From Octopus vulgaris (lineage: Eukaryota), in the NCBI GenBank assembly GCA_951406725.2, contig OX597815.1:174530001-174594000 (forward strand): DNA of 64,000 nucleotides. Reading direction: 5' to 3'. The position numbers and the translations under genes are program-made. The notes under the pieces were generated by a model. It was given only the letters and a program-made list of their open reading frames with translations, was not told where the DNA came from and made no database searches. Below are positions 1 through 12,624 of the stretch, piece by piece; within the stretch, counting starts at the first letter, position 1, and every line of letters begins with the position of its first letter.

Positions 1-180
1 TATCCTATGTTCAAGGTGTGTGCATAGTCTACCTGGCTCTTACCCAAAGCCTTGTACAATTTATAGATATTGTCTTTTATGAGGTGACGATACCACTTAC
101 ATCTAACATTTAACTTGAGTCATTACAAAAACTTTATCTAGCTTCTGCCTGCACCAGGCCTGGTGTTTTTCAAGAAAAAT
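1..180 (-). mobile_element. Degenerate CR1/L2-type LINE RT fragment
   Basis: Reverse strand gives a frameshifted LYKAL..RARLDYA-like peptide typical of the CR1/L2 ORF2 C-terminal region. Confidence 0.35.
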
Positions 181-678
181 CTAGCACATATTTATTCCAA
201 ATGGTTGGTTACTGACCAATTTCACCACTCTTAGTTATTTTCTGTAGCTTTCTAAAGGAACAACACTTGTGAAGAAGTGTTTGTATTTTAAATCAGAAAT
301 CTACAAGAGAACTAAATGTAGAAAAGATCAGAACAGAACATCTAGACATGTAAATAGAATACTTTTAATCTCTTGCAGTAGGTATTTCCTATAGAAATAG
401 GTATTTCCTATAGAAGGGGTTAATTGACTTTTGTAATTCTTTTCTTTTTTTTGCGTAGAATTTTCTGAGCATTTTCTGCATCAGAATTTCAGTAACACTG
501 TTCTTTCTTTTGAATTTTAACTTTATTTTTGAACTATTTCAAGCTAACTATCAAGTTTATTATTTGTTGCATATATACACTGTAAGTAGTTGTACTATTC
601 AAAATTATTACATTTGGAATAGTAGTGTGTGACAAGGCACCCTGAACTATCAACTTTTCATATAACAACAAATGTGTA

Positions 679-680
<2 letters not shown>

Positions 681-730
<50 letters not shown>
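681..730. repeat. (AT)n microsatellite
   Basis: Perfect dinucleotide run. Similar runs occur at ~998-1028 and ~26963-27002, (ATT)n at ~14867-14935, and (CAT)n/(GT)n throughout. Confidence 0.98.
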
Positions 731-734
<4 letters not shown>

Positions 735-993
735 TTTTGTTTTGCAACTATGGTAAGACACAGTATTGACTTATAAACCTGTACTATGGTGCATTGTTAG
801 GTCATTTGTAGGATCAACAAAAAAAGTACTCCATCCAGTGAGAAATAATTATCATATAATATAAACAGGATTTAAATGCAAGGAATGATTGCCCAATAAT
901 ACATGTCACATTATACAAGCTTTTCTGACTATTGTGTTATCTGATGCATGAAACCTATAGCAGCTCACATTAAATTTTGTATATACCAAGTGA

Positions 994-1031
<38 letters not shown>

Positions 1032-1719
1032 TTTATCAACCATACTATTGGATGCACTGACAACAATGCAATTCCTCACATTATTTTATTTTAGCTTTCA
1101 AATGATGCCACTCTGTTGGCTAGGTGGGCAGACTTTATATATATATATATGAGAGAGAGAGAGAAAAGAAAAAGAGAAATGAAGTGCAAAAGGCAAAAGC
1201 TTTCTTTTGATATCAGTTATAATTCCATTTAAGGGTTGTTTTATGAAAATATGCTTTATTTATTTTTGTCTTATATTTTTAAACAAATAGTTTTATATAT
1301 CAGGGAAATAATTATTTGCTTTTACTGAAAAATGCTTTTAATATATAAAATTTGATGACTAGAACTACTTTTATAATAATATACCTGCTGTTTCTAACAC
1401 TTGTAGTAGGAAATAGATCTGACTGGCAGACTGTCAAGTCGGATGTTAGCAGTGGCTATTCATAAAATATCAGTTCACTTTTGTCTGACTTCAAATTTCC
1501 AAGATGGTAAAATCCTTACTTTGTTGACTTTTACAACAGTTGGAGTACTTATTGTATTTATGGTTTGCTGCACTTAGCCAAAAATAAATTAAAATGTTTC
1601 CTTCAAGGTTAATTTATTCTAAAGCACCTGAAGCCATTTATATACTTATTGAACTACATTTTAAATATATATTTAGGCTGATATGTTCACATGCTTGAGT
1701 GTGTTTTGATGTGAGAAGA

Positions 1720-1857
1720 TTGATTGCTGTGAAGGGCATCCAGCTGTAGAAACCATACCAAACCAGACAATGGAGCTTGGTGCTGCCTTCCAGCTTGCCA
1801 GCTCCTATCATACCATCCAGTCCATGGAAGCCAGATGTTAAATGATGATGATGATGA
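1720..1857 (+). mobile_element. 3' end of RTE-type LINE/SINE with (ATG)n tail
   Basis: gaagggcatccagctgtagaaacc...gatgttaaatgatgatgatg; reverse complement of the 3' UTR of the RTE element at 10189-10350. Confidence 0.7.
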
Positions 1858-1962
1858 CTGAGGAAATATATTACTATGGTTCATCAGATCTACTGTTTCT
1901 TATAATGATGCTTAAACAGTCCTCTGTGTGTGTGTGTGTGTGTGAATGATTAAATGTCTATA

Positions 1963-2125
1963 AGGTGCAGGAATGGCTATGTGATTAAGAAGTTTGCTTC
2001 TCAGTCATATGGTTTTGGGTTCAGTCCCACTGTGTGGTATTTTGAACAAGAGTCTTCTGCTATAGCTCTGGGCCAACCAAGGTCCTTGTGAACATATTTG
2101 GTAGATAGAAAGTAAAAAAAGCCTA
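1963..2125 (+). mobile_element. tRNA-derived SINE (family B)
   Basis: A-box-like tggctatgtgattaag, B-box-like gggttcagtccc; homologous minus-strand copy at 57454-57762. Confidence 0.75.
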
Positions 2126-2409
2126 TTGTATATGTATCAATATATCATTGGCCTCTTTCAGTTTCTGTCTACCAAATCCACTATACGTGTGTGTATGTAG
2201 AAGGGTGCTTCCTTGTCTTTACATCACATGATAATTGTAAATGAGCATCACCATTATACAAGTGAAACATGTCTGGCCATGGAAAGATATTACTTTACTT
2301 GGAGACAGGTTGCTGACAAGAAGGGCATTTTACCATAGAAAATCTGTCTTGATGAATCCTGTCTGGCTCATGGAAAAGTAGATGTTAAAATGATGATGAT
2401 GATGAAAAC

Positions 2410-3260
2410 AGAGAGGTCAGAAAGGATGCAGGAAAGGTAGAACTAGGAATTCCTTGGATGTATGTGGATCTTGACCTTACACACTAGTTTGCACCCATGA
2501 AGAAGGCATCTCACCACTTGCTACTGAACTTGAGGCAACTCACAAACTAGTCTGTCCCAAGCTTCCACCATCAGGATGTAACTGTTGGACCTCTGCAGAT
2601 TATCCCCTAGGTGAGCATTGCATACATAAGAGCATAGTATATAAATGTGAGATAGTAACACATAATAGTAGTAAATTGTATATTGGCACCATATTTAACT
2701 CTGTGAAACAACGTATTTCTTTGCTGAGGTCTCATCCAGGGACTTAAACACATCTGAACTACAGCTGACATGGGGACATAGCAACACAATTCTCATGATT
2801 CTTGTACACCTAGTGCAATTTTGTAATATCTTCTATCTGAACACCCCTATCTGTATACTCATGCACAAAGCCTCTTTCTGATCCTATACACCTATGTATA
2901 TACCCTGACTGTACTTTTCTCTACTACTTTTTCATGGTATACTAGATTATTGCAGTACTAGGAATAAGTCATGTGATACTGGATTATCAGTTGCATCCAC
3001 AGATCTGAATGTTATCTGATCAAGTATGCACAGCACTCAGAACAAATCACCTGATTGCACATAACTATATACTCTTCTGTGGAATGTACCGTGTATCCCC
3101 TACAACTGCTAACTAAGCAGGCTTATTGACTTACAAAATCAGAATGACTTATTTGGATGATTTATCATTGTTTAATGAATACCACAGAACTACACCTGTA
3201 TGCAACATAAGGTACACACTGAGGGAGGAGCAATGTAGCTTTAGAAAGTTTGGCACAATA
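2410..3260 (-). mobile_element. Highly decayed RTE-like LINE remnant (endonuclease/linker region)
   Basis: Reverse strand shows frameshifted peptide resemblance to RTE ORF; no intact frame. Confidence 0.3.
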
Positions 3261-4357
3261 ATATGGTGGTATTTGCTCATATGTATGTGTGTGTGTATGT
3301 ATATGTATCAATATGCATGTATATATACCAATATGCATGTCAAGAGGCTTCCATGAACATATATGTATATACATAGGTATCTATGAATGTGTGGATCTCT
3401 TATTATAAAAGGCAGATTTTATCTGCCTCCCTTTGTCTCTTATAGAAATCTACAATATAGGATTTCTTCAATTACAATTTACCTAGCATTTTTAAGAGTA
3501 GAATACATCGGGTCGTGCCAGGTCCAGTTTTTCAAATTTCAACCCCAATTAAGCAAAATTTCGAGAAAACTCACATTGTGGTGTGTAAGTGAAGTGCTTT
3601 TCTTAGTGTGGGCTACAGCACACACACACACACACACAAAAACGGAGCGATCTGCTTCACTCATGCTATCACCCTAATTTCTCCTCCTTTCTCTTTGCAA
3701 GTGTGCAACGATTAAAGTGAAAGTATTTATATAAAACGGATCACTCATGCTATCACCATAATTTCTCATACTTTCTCTTTGCAAGTGTACCTTAAACTGC
3801 TACTCAAAAAAAAAAACACAGCAAACAGAAACAAATAAATACATAACGATTTACTCCTCACACAATTTCTTCAATTAGAGTTTACCTATGATTTTTCAAA
3901 GTACTTCCATTCGGTCATGACATACAAAATTTCTTTCAATTTCACCCCCATTTCAGAAAAAATTCGAGAAAACTACCATTTCACTTCAAAGCCTTTACTC
4001 TGCATATTACTCCCACTTCCTATTTACACACATAGACACGCAAATATATAAATAAAATTGTAAGCTAACGTGTGAGTGTGTGCGTGTGTGTGTGTGAGGG
4101 TGCGTGTGTGTGTGTGTGTGCGTGTGTGACAGGGATGAGCCAGTCAGACTGGTCATCCTTTTTGCTACACCACTGGTTTTCAGTTCATATTCATCAAATT
4201 AATATTCACAACAAGAAGGCCTATTCATTATTATACATCAGTTCCACACATTTACCCTGGTTCCATTTCGGACAACTGCACAAACATTTGCCATTTCGCA
4301 CATGTATGTAAACAAATTCCTTTCTTAAAAATTTCAATTCATTTTATTTTTCAATTC

Positions 4358-5044
4358 ATACAGAGTTTTTTAGGACGAATATAAGATCTAAAGTATATCC
4401 AAGTAGCAGAAACATCGCCCAAAAGTGTATATAGATATTTAAATGTATTTATATATTCAACTATACACTGATGTATGTATAATGTGTGTGTATATATTTC
4501 CATAGAGGTAACCATTCACTCCATACAAAGTTATTTAGGACGAATATAAGATCTAAAGTATATCCAAGTAGCAGAAAGATCGCCCAAAAGTGTATATAGA
4601 TATTTAAATGTATTTATATATTCATCTATACACAGATGTATGTATAATGTGTGTGTATATATTTCCATAGACGTAACCATTCACTCCGCACAAAGTTTTT
4701 TAGGACGAAAATAAGATCTAAAGTTATCTCTAAGTAGCAGAAAGATCGCCCAAAAGTGTATATAGATATATAAATGTATTTATATATTCATCTATGCACA
4801 CATGTATGTATAACGTGTGTGTATATATTTCCATAGAGGTAACCATTCATTCCATACAAAGTTTTTTAGGACGAAAATAAGATCTAAAGTTATCTCTAAG
4901 AAAAAGAAAGATCGCCCAAAAGTGTATATAGATATTTAAATGTATTTATATATTCATCTATACACACATGTATGTATAATGTGCGTGTATATATTTCCAT
5001 AGAGGTAACCATTCAATCCATACAAAGTTTTTTAGGACGAAAAT
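4358..5044. repeat. Tandem minisatellite, 4 units of 165-166 bp plus partial, inside Helitron
   Basis: taggacgaa anchor at 4371, 4536, 4701, 4867 and 5033. Confidence 0.97.
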
Positions 5045-5292
5045 ATTTATATATAAAAGAAAGGTTGTGTGTCTGTCTACTCCGATTTAGATTCATAACT
5101 ACTCCCACATTTTGCGATGCAGTTTAACCAAAACCGGGTATCTTATAGTCGTGATTCATATCGAGCCCTTCTGGGTATTAGCGCGCGTCTACAATGGGTC
5201 TACGATTTTACAAATAATTTACCATCATTTTTTTCCATTTTAATGCATATTCTTTTTAATAAAGGGAAGTAACTCTCAAACTTCACACCAAT

Positions 5293-5814
5293 ATGCGTGC
5301 TCATATGCAACGTAATATCACATCAGCAGCATTTCCTCACACCCTCCTTGCACTTGGCGAAGGCAAAATACCAGGGGATGAAACTGGTAATATTGCCATC
5401 GATTCCATTTGTACCTTTGTTAAGACGCCTTCTGATCTCAGAGATGCAGTGTTCCCAGATCTACAAGCTAATTATCAGAATATGGACTGGATTGGCCAAA
5501 GGGCTATTCTGACCCCGAGGAATAAAACTGTTCACCATATTAATGATGAAATGCTAAAACTCATTCCTGGGGAAGTCTATGTATATCAGTCTATCGATAC
5601 AACTCCTGACCCAGAGGACGTCATCAACTATCCAATAGAGGTACTCAATTCCTTTGAGCACCCCGGACTACCACCACACTTTCTCAAACTTAAAGTTGGT
5701 GCCCCTATAATGCTCATCAGATATTTGGTTCCCCCAAAACAATGCAATGGCACACGTTTGATCGTTAAGTCCTTATCTCGCACCGTAAACTTATATCAAT
5801 ATTTGCCTGAATAA
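5293..5814 (+). pseudogene. Helitron RepHel PIF1-like helicase fragment
   Basis: RAILTPRN...IN...LIPGE..Y.S.D...YPIEVLNS...GLPPHFLKLKVGAPIMLIR.L....CNGTRLIV: canonical Helitron/PIF1 helicase motifs; truncated at both ends. Confidence 0.9.
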
Positions 5815-5902
5815 TCATCATAATTCAGTGCAATCATTAACAGTACTTTCAAGCAATTCAGCCCCGAGCAACGCCGGGCAATTCTGCTAGTATGGTATAA
5901 GG

Positions 5903-6102
5903 CAGTGGTTCCAAAGTGAGTGACACAACCACCTTGGGGACAAGGTGATAATGGAGTGGTCAAAGGGGGTCAATGGATGTAAAAAAAAATACAAAATAAT
6001 GGGTTAAAGTGGTCTATGTTTGTGGTGGTGGTGAGTGGGAGGGCTAGGAATGTGGCCTGGGTGCCAAGGGGACAGCAACGTGAAAAAGTTTGGGAACCAC
6101 TG
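5903..6102. mobile_element. hAT-type MITE
   Basis: TIRs cagtggttccaaa / tttgggaaccactg; 8-bp TSD gtataagg / gtataacg (7/8 match). Confidence 0.8.
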
Positions 6103-7281
6103 GTATAACGGATATTAAGTAATGGGGTGGAGTACACCTCTCCCAGCACTGCGTACAGAAATTCTTTATCATCAGTGAGCAAACAGTTTGAAGCTGATGC
6201 CATAAACTTGACAATTAGTTGACCACAAGCCTCTCTGACCTTGATTTATGACAAAAATGCTACTACTTACTGCAACTGCTATTCCTGCTACAGGTATTAT
6301 TGTTGCTAATATCATTGTGATAGTATTTTGAGTTTGTTGTTGTTGTTGAGGTGTTTGATGCTGGAACCAGCTTATCTATGTAACTACTGGGCTCCCACAG
6401 GACCTTCTTTTGGGACATAAACTGTGAAGGGCATATATTTTACTTTTTCTTCTTTCCTGCTGGTTCATTGTATTCTTCACAGTGAAGGTAAGTTATTTCT
6501 TAACTTGCTCTCCACAGAGAGAGAGAGAGAAATGTTAGATTTAGCTTTAAACATATATGACATTTATACCTTCATAATAATATAATCAAGTATAGGGAGA
6601 ATGTTTTCACCTTCATAATACTTTACTAATATATAAACAAATGTGTCATGAAAGCTTGGTAATGAAACAATTTTTAGCAATAGTCATGGGAAATTTAAGT
6701 GTCCTCAGATATGTATGGATCAGGAGGTTTCAGATCAGTGACAAAAAATCAGTCATGTAATTTATATATCCTTATCATAATAACTAGCAAAAAAAAAAAA
6801 AACACCCTCTATTTTATTTATTTTTTGTTTTGTTTTCTGTAGTATAAATATTGTATTTGTATGGTTTGCAAAAAGAGAAAACTTATTTTTTGAAACAACT
6901 TTATTCTCAATGCTGCAAAGTCCAATAATATACTTTTAAGTACCGTATTCATTATGACATTTTGATAAAAGTGAGATCTGTTTCCAGCACTTCTTTTCTC
7001 CTATAAGATACTTGAAATCCTGACATTTATATCAGAAACAGTGCTTGACTTTTGTTACTGAATCAATGAGTTAAACTATAGATGTTTGAAACCTCACACC
7101 AGAAGGAGCAAAGCTGAACATCTCACTGACTACAAAGGCATTGCAATTTCCACAGATTCTGTAGTAACAAAAAATATATGTGCATTCATTATCAGAAGAT
7201 ATTGAGTACATAATCTGTATTTAAAGAAAAATTCTTTGATTATATTACCGATGTAATTGGTATGTTTTTATCTCAACACCA

Positions 7282-7458
7282 TCTCTCAAACTAGCTTTCA
7301 ATTTACAAATAGAATAACCAATAAGTTATTCTCTGTTATTTTCTGTGTTGCTGTCAGTTGATGGAGGAAGTTCCTCCGCCAACTGATAGCAACACAGTTT
7401 GAAAATAGAGAAAATAACTTACTACTTATTCTATTTGTGAATTGGTAGAAATTGAGAG
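7282..7458. repeat. Long imperfect palindrome (~175 bp)
   Basis: Centre ggaggaa-g-ttcctcc; inner arms ctgtgttgctgtcagttg / caactgatagcaacacag; outer arms caatttacaaatagaataa / ttattctatttgtgaattg. Confidence 0.92.
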
Positions 7459-7499
7459 AAATTATTGATGATAGATGAGCTATCACATGTTGATAGTGG

Positions 7500-8700
7500 A
7501 GAAAAGGTATTGCCTAAGTCAAGCATTTCCAAGATTGGTGAGATTTCATGCAGTTGATGCTGATGTTTAGTTTAAACATCTGTAAGTTAACAACTAAAGG
7601 AAAAACAGGAATCCCATAGGTTAGCAGTTATGGTGGGGAAATATTTAGTGAGGAATCCAAGAACCAGTTGGTTGGTTGGCTTGGGTAGAGGGAGATTAGA
7701 ACAAAGGCTATTCAAATAACAGTAGAACAGAGCATTTGTTAGCCAGTAGTTGTAATATATTGTGGAGTGAATCTTTGTTAATCAATGAGATAGCTTTCTT
7801 TTGTATGCAGTTTAGTTTGTTTGTATGTTTGTCAACTATGTCCCAAGTATGTGAGCAGTAAAAAATCAGTGATTCATCAAGACTGAAGAATTTTCAAGTC
7901 CAGAATGAGAAGCAGTTTTTGAGATGGTGCTTGTTATATGTGTGAAGTCACCATAAGAACTTAGCTTAGAGCGTGAGACTTCAATGGTGATTTGTTTTAA
8001 TTGTGTGCTGGTCATGTGTGAGTTTATGAGTAGAACAAGACTGTTTCCTTGATATACATAGAGTGATTCTGTCATTGCCTTGTGCTGTTGAAGGAGTGTA
8101 GATTATCTTGTCCCTATTGAAGGTTGTTTTCAATTTCTATAATCATGGTTAGTGTAGATCAGGTATAATATGCCTGAGTTGCATGGGAAATCATTAAAAG
8201 AATGTAGAATGTGGAAACAGAGCTTAATATTGGAGTATACCAGATTTGGTAGAGAGTTGGTGGGAAACAGTACAAAAAACTTCCAATTCAGTCCAAGTGA
8301 TGAGAGACAAATAAAATCCATGTTAGGGCAATTTATACATAGATGTCATACCAAATAACTACATGTAAGGAAAGTTACTGTTGTGGCCACTCTTCTTGTT
8401 GGGTTGTAACTATCATGGAGTTTTCACACTTGGTTACTATATGCATTTGGTGGCAAGATGGGTGGAATGAAGGAGGGTTTGGACAGAAGTTTGTTGTGTA
8501 TGTGCAACACAGAGATGAAAAAAAATATGGTGGTTTTATCAGCAGGGATGCTGAGTGTTGCTTACAAAGCCAGCTTGGTTGAGGAGTGGAAGATAGAAGG
8601 ATTGTGTAAAATTGTTAAAAGAGACTCTCTTGGCACAGAACCAGAAGGTTCTACTGGTTTGGGAGTGGAGAAAATTGAATAAAAATGTAGAATTTGTTTT
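7500..8700 (-). mobile_element. Decayed Penelope-like element (GIY-YIG endonuclease region)
   Basis: Reverse strand has SGILYLI...GTR..TLLQQHK and WDIVDK...ESYLI-like segments resembling GIY-YIG motifs; many stops and frameshifts. Confidence 0.45.
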
Positions 8701-9295
8701 GTTTTGTTTTGTTTTTTAAATATAAAATAGAAAATATTTGCAAAAATTGATATAGAATCCAAGTCTATTATTGAGGAAGACATGGTTCACGTGTACCTAA
8801 AACAATGATGGATCCTTTATCTGGGTGCTCAACTGGCTAGAAACAGCAGCCAAGTCCCCATCATGTCATGGTTTATTGTTTTAAAAAAAGGACACATTAG
8901 ATAAAAAAGAGGAAATGGTCACTGTTGGAATGCCTTGATGAAAGGTCAGTTCAGTCAGAGATGACTTGAGGTTAACAACAGTATGAGATTTTTAATTATA
9001 ACACATTTTGGAAAGCTTCTATAAACATATTTAGGTTACTCACTTTAATGTTCACTATTTAATTAAATTTGCTCTTCCTTAGATATTTTCATCCAAAGAA
9101 TATTAAAATATTTTCTGTGTGCTAACTATTAATTAATATTTATGCATTTCTACTTGAAAATTTAATTCTAAAGTTCAAAATAATAGCTTAGTCAACGAAA
9201 AATTTCTTTCTATAAAAGTAATGATTTCTAACATTAGCACGAGGCCTTGGATTTTTGCAGAGGGGTATAGCCAATTTGATTAAGCCCACTGCTTA

Positions 9296-9578
9296 GGTCT
9301 GTTTTGAGCCCTAGGACTCTCAGAAGGACAGAGCTTACCCCAGTTTTCATGATGTATAAATGACAGAGATTACAATATTCACCCACTGAACAGAATCCCA
9401 GTTTGCTGCAGGATTAACTTCCCAGTTATTGCTGGAACCCATTTACAGCTGAGTGGACTGGAGCAATGTGAAACGAAGTGTTTTGCCCAAGAATACAACA
9501 TACCACTTGGTCCAGGATTTGAAACTACACTCTTACAATCATGAATACAACACTCTAACCACTAGATTATGCGCCTTT
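9296..9578 (-). mobile_element. tRNA-derived SINE (family C-related), nested in a decayed family-A SINE
   Basis: Reverse strand begins aggcgcataatctagtggttagagtg (tRNA head); related to 20423-20632; flanked by pieces of a family-A SINE (~9230-9290 and ~9590-9710). Confidence 0.65.
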
Positions 9579-10188
9579 ACTGCTTGGCTAATACTTGTTT
9601 TCACATACTGGTGAAAGATGAAAGATACAATTAAACTCAGAACATAAAGGAAGTTACTAAATATTATAAGACTTTGTCCATCATTCTACCAGTTCTGCCA
9701 ATCCTCCGCCTACTATCTAGTAATAATAAAATAGATACTATATCAACTAAAATTGGAGGAGTATCTTAGATATAGAGTGTCGAACAGACTGAATTCTTCA
9801 CATAGCAGTTTAGTGGCTCATGGTCTTCAGTTTGAATTCTGCCACATCAGTCTTTCAGTAACAATTATTTAATAAAAGTAACTGATTTTCTCCTCTCAGG
9901 GGTTTGGTAACATGAAGAGTATCTACTTCTCTTCCAAAAATATGGTTAGCAGTTCCTGGGAAAAAATGAGAACCCTGTAATTAACCTTGAAGAGGCAATA
10001 AAGTGAAAACAATACCAAAAAAATTATACTGGTGTTGTCTGTGCTTATAAGAAAGAACTAGTCTTCTTTATTTTTATTCTGTTGTAGATTCTATTATAAC
10101 TGGCCATTGCATTATGAATAATTAACAGGCATATAAAATAAGCATAATAATTAATGAAGCCTATGAGATTGAATCACTAACAAGATAG

Positions 10189-11360
10189 TCATCATCATCA
10201 TCGTTTAACGTCCGCTTTCCATGCTGGCATGGGTTGGACAGTTTGACTGAGATTTGGCGAGCCAGATGGCTGCACCAGGCTCCAATCTGATCTGGTAAAG
10301 TTTCTACAGCTGGATGACCTTCCTAACGCCAACCATTCTGAGAGTGTAGTGGGTGCTTTTATGTGCCACTGACATAAGGGCCAGTCAGGCGGTACTGGCA
10401 ACAGCCATGCTCAAATGGTGTTTTTTATGTGCCACCTGCACAGGAGCCAGTCCAGCGACACTGACAACAACCTCACTTGAATGTTGTTTTTCACGTGCCA
10501 GTATGGCGACGCTGGTAATGATCATGCTCGAATGGTGCTTTTTACATGCCACCAGCATGGAGCCAGTCAGCGGCCCTGGCAACGATCACCCTCAGATGGT
10601 GCTCTTAGCACACTAACATGGATGCCAGTCATGCAGTGCTGTCATCACATTTGATTTCAATTTCACTTGCCTCAACAGGTCTTTGCAAACAGAGTTTAGT
10701 GTCCAATGAAGGAAAGGTACGCATAAGTGGGCTGGTTACATGACTGGCATAGGCCACGGGATATGGTCTCACTTAGCTTGCCAGGTCTTCTCAAGCACAG
10801 CATATTTCCAAATGTCTCAGTCACTAGTCATTGCCTCGGTGAGGCCTAATGTTCGAAGGTTTTGCTTCACCACCTCATCCAGGGTCTTCCTGGGTTTACC
10901 TCTTCCACAGGTTTCCTCAACTGCTATGGTGTGACACTTTTTCACATAGCTATCCTCATCCATTCTCACCACATGACCATACCAGTGCAGTCGTCTCTCT
11001 TGCACACCACATCTGATGCTTCTTAGGTCCAACTTTTCTCTCAAGGCACTTACACACTGTCGAGTATGCACACTGATATTACACATCCAGCGGAGCATAC
11101 TGGCTTCATTTCTTGCAAGCTTACGCATGTCCTCAGCAGTCACGGCCCATGTTTCACTGCCATGTAGCATGGCTGTTCGTACACATGCATCATACAGTCT
11201 ACCTTTTACTCTGAGTGAGAGGCCCTTTGTCACCAGCAGAGGTAGGAGATATCTGAACTTTGCCCAGGCTATTCTTATTTTAGCAGCTACACTTTCGGAG
11301 CACCCACCCCAGCTACTGACTTGGTCACCTAGGTAATGGAAGCTATGAACTACTTCTAGT
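10189..11360 (-). mobile_element. 5'-truncated RTE-clade LINE with (ATG)n tail
   Basis: ORF 10817-11233 (KGRLYDACVRTAMLHGSETW...RLHWYGHVVRM...GRGKPRKT) is the RTE ORF C-terminus; long 3' UTR ends in catcatcatcgtttaacgtcc on +. Confidence 0.9.
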
Positions 11361-11544
11361 TCAAATCTTTCTAGAGCACTGTTGGCTTCAGTTTACTTGT
11401 TTTAAAACACAGAACCACTCTTACACAGCTGAGTGTTTATCATTAAAAAGGGCATTCAGCTGTAAAACAAATAATCCAGCTCTTAGTTATTCACAAGCTT
11501 TTTCTTATACAGCTTGATAACATATAATCATGCATTAAGCTTAT

Positions 11545-11970
11545 TGTTTAAAGGTTCCATGTAATCACAAGTGCCCTTAGGAGCTGCCTGAACTCCTTTG
11601 GCACTAGAACACTTTGGAGGATTACGGGTTACCTTGGTTGGATTTCGTATTCAGCCAACAACTATACTCAGAAACTGGGATGCATCCTGCTAATTGTATG
11701 ATTTGGGAGCATCAGCTCAGATAGTTTGGTCATGTTGCTCAATTTTCTGAGTTGAATGCTGCATGTTGTGTTCTCTTTGCTGAGGATCCAGTTGAAGTGA
11801 AAGCTTGTGTAAGTCAGCCAGATGCTACATGGTCACAGTGGATGAGGAAGTATCTCACTGAGGTGGATGACTGACTGAGACACTGCTCAGAGAGTTGCCC
11901 AGGATGACCCAAGCAAATACCAACAAATGGCGGATGCAACTTGCACATGCCCCCTCCATGCCTGACCTGT
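11545..11970 (+). mobile_element. Decayed RTE-type LINE 3' end (second family)
   Basis: LNSFGTRTLWRITGY...LYSETG...QLR*FGHVAQ peptide remnant; ends cctgacctg. Confidence 0.6.
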
Positions 11971-12059
11971 AGTCATATGTAGACACAGACATCCTCTCCA
12001 TCCTTTCACTTTCTGCCCTTCAGAACATCAAGAATGTGACAGTCAATGAAAGGATGGAC

Positions 12060-12210
12060 TGCACTAGCACTAGGAGAGTGCTTTATTGACTCTCACCAAA
12101 AGATGACCTGTAAAGTGGACTTTGACAGGATTTGAACTCAGAATGCAGAGAGCCAGAACATATTGCAATGCATTCTGTCCTATGCACTAACAACTTTGCT
12201 TATCAACTGC
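12060..12210 (-). mobile_element. Decayed family-A tRNA SINE
   Basis: ggatttgaactcagaatg (reverse B-box) and taaagtggactttg match family A. Confidence 0.55.
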
Positions 12211-12624
12211 CAAGCAAAGAAACAATATATCTAAACACTAAAGAGGTATAATTTATGATAAAGCCATGCTTAGACACAATTTCAGTTCTTGACTACAACT
12301 GAAGAAAAAAAGAAAAGAAATTCTTGTGTGAGTTTTAGTTTTATATCACTGCAGTTCCACATAACCCGAAGGTAAATGTCAACAGTCTATTATTGTTATT
12401 AAAGTCTGTTATTGTTTTAATAATACTATAATAGTACAAGAATCTGTAGTGTTAAAAAACTGGACTGTACATTATAAAATCCTCAAGATGGTAAGTAACA
12501 CTCAGTCTCCCTGCTGATAAAACAACCATTTTGGGGTTTTTTTTCTTGTTAATTTATAACTTACTACTCTCCAAAACCTTATTCTTTTATTTTCTCTTTT
12601 TTTTTATCTTTTGTTTATTTCAAG

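Larger units (their letters stand above)
3396..5890 (+). mobile_element. Non-autonomous composite Helitron
   Basis: 5' a|TCtcttattataaaa; 3' GC hairpin cccgagcaacgccggg (5863-5878) then CTAG|t at 5887-5890; internal PIF1-type helicase fragment; no TSD, as expected for Helitrons. Confidence 0.8.

Noticed and set aside
534-761. ORF with YIYIYI runs (also 26813-27120 and 34418-34627)
   Set aside because: Translation of (AT)n/(GT)n microsatellites.
2097-2177. Small hairpin as a miRNA precursor
   Set aside because: It is a short inverted duplication of a SINE body segment with several mismatches; no independent support.
4358-5044. CRISPR-like array
   Set aside because: The units are contiguous 165-166-bp tandem repeats with no unique spacers, in a eukaryotic Helitron context.
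5293-5814. Host PIF1 helicase gene
   Set aside because: Truncated, lacks Walker motifs and splice context, and sits directly before a Helitron hairpin-CTAG end.
12531-12624. Hydrophobic N-terminal signal or transmembrane segment on the Ro60-like ORF
   Set aside because: This is the intronic polypyrimidine tract read in frame upstream of the acceptor at 12624.
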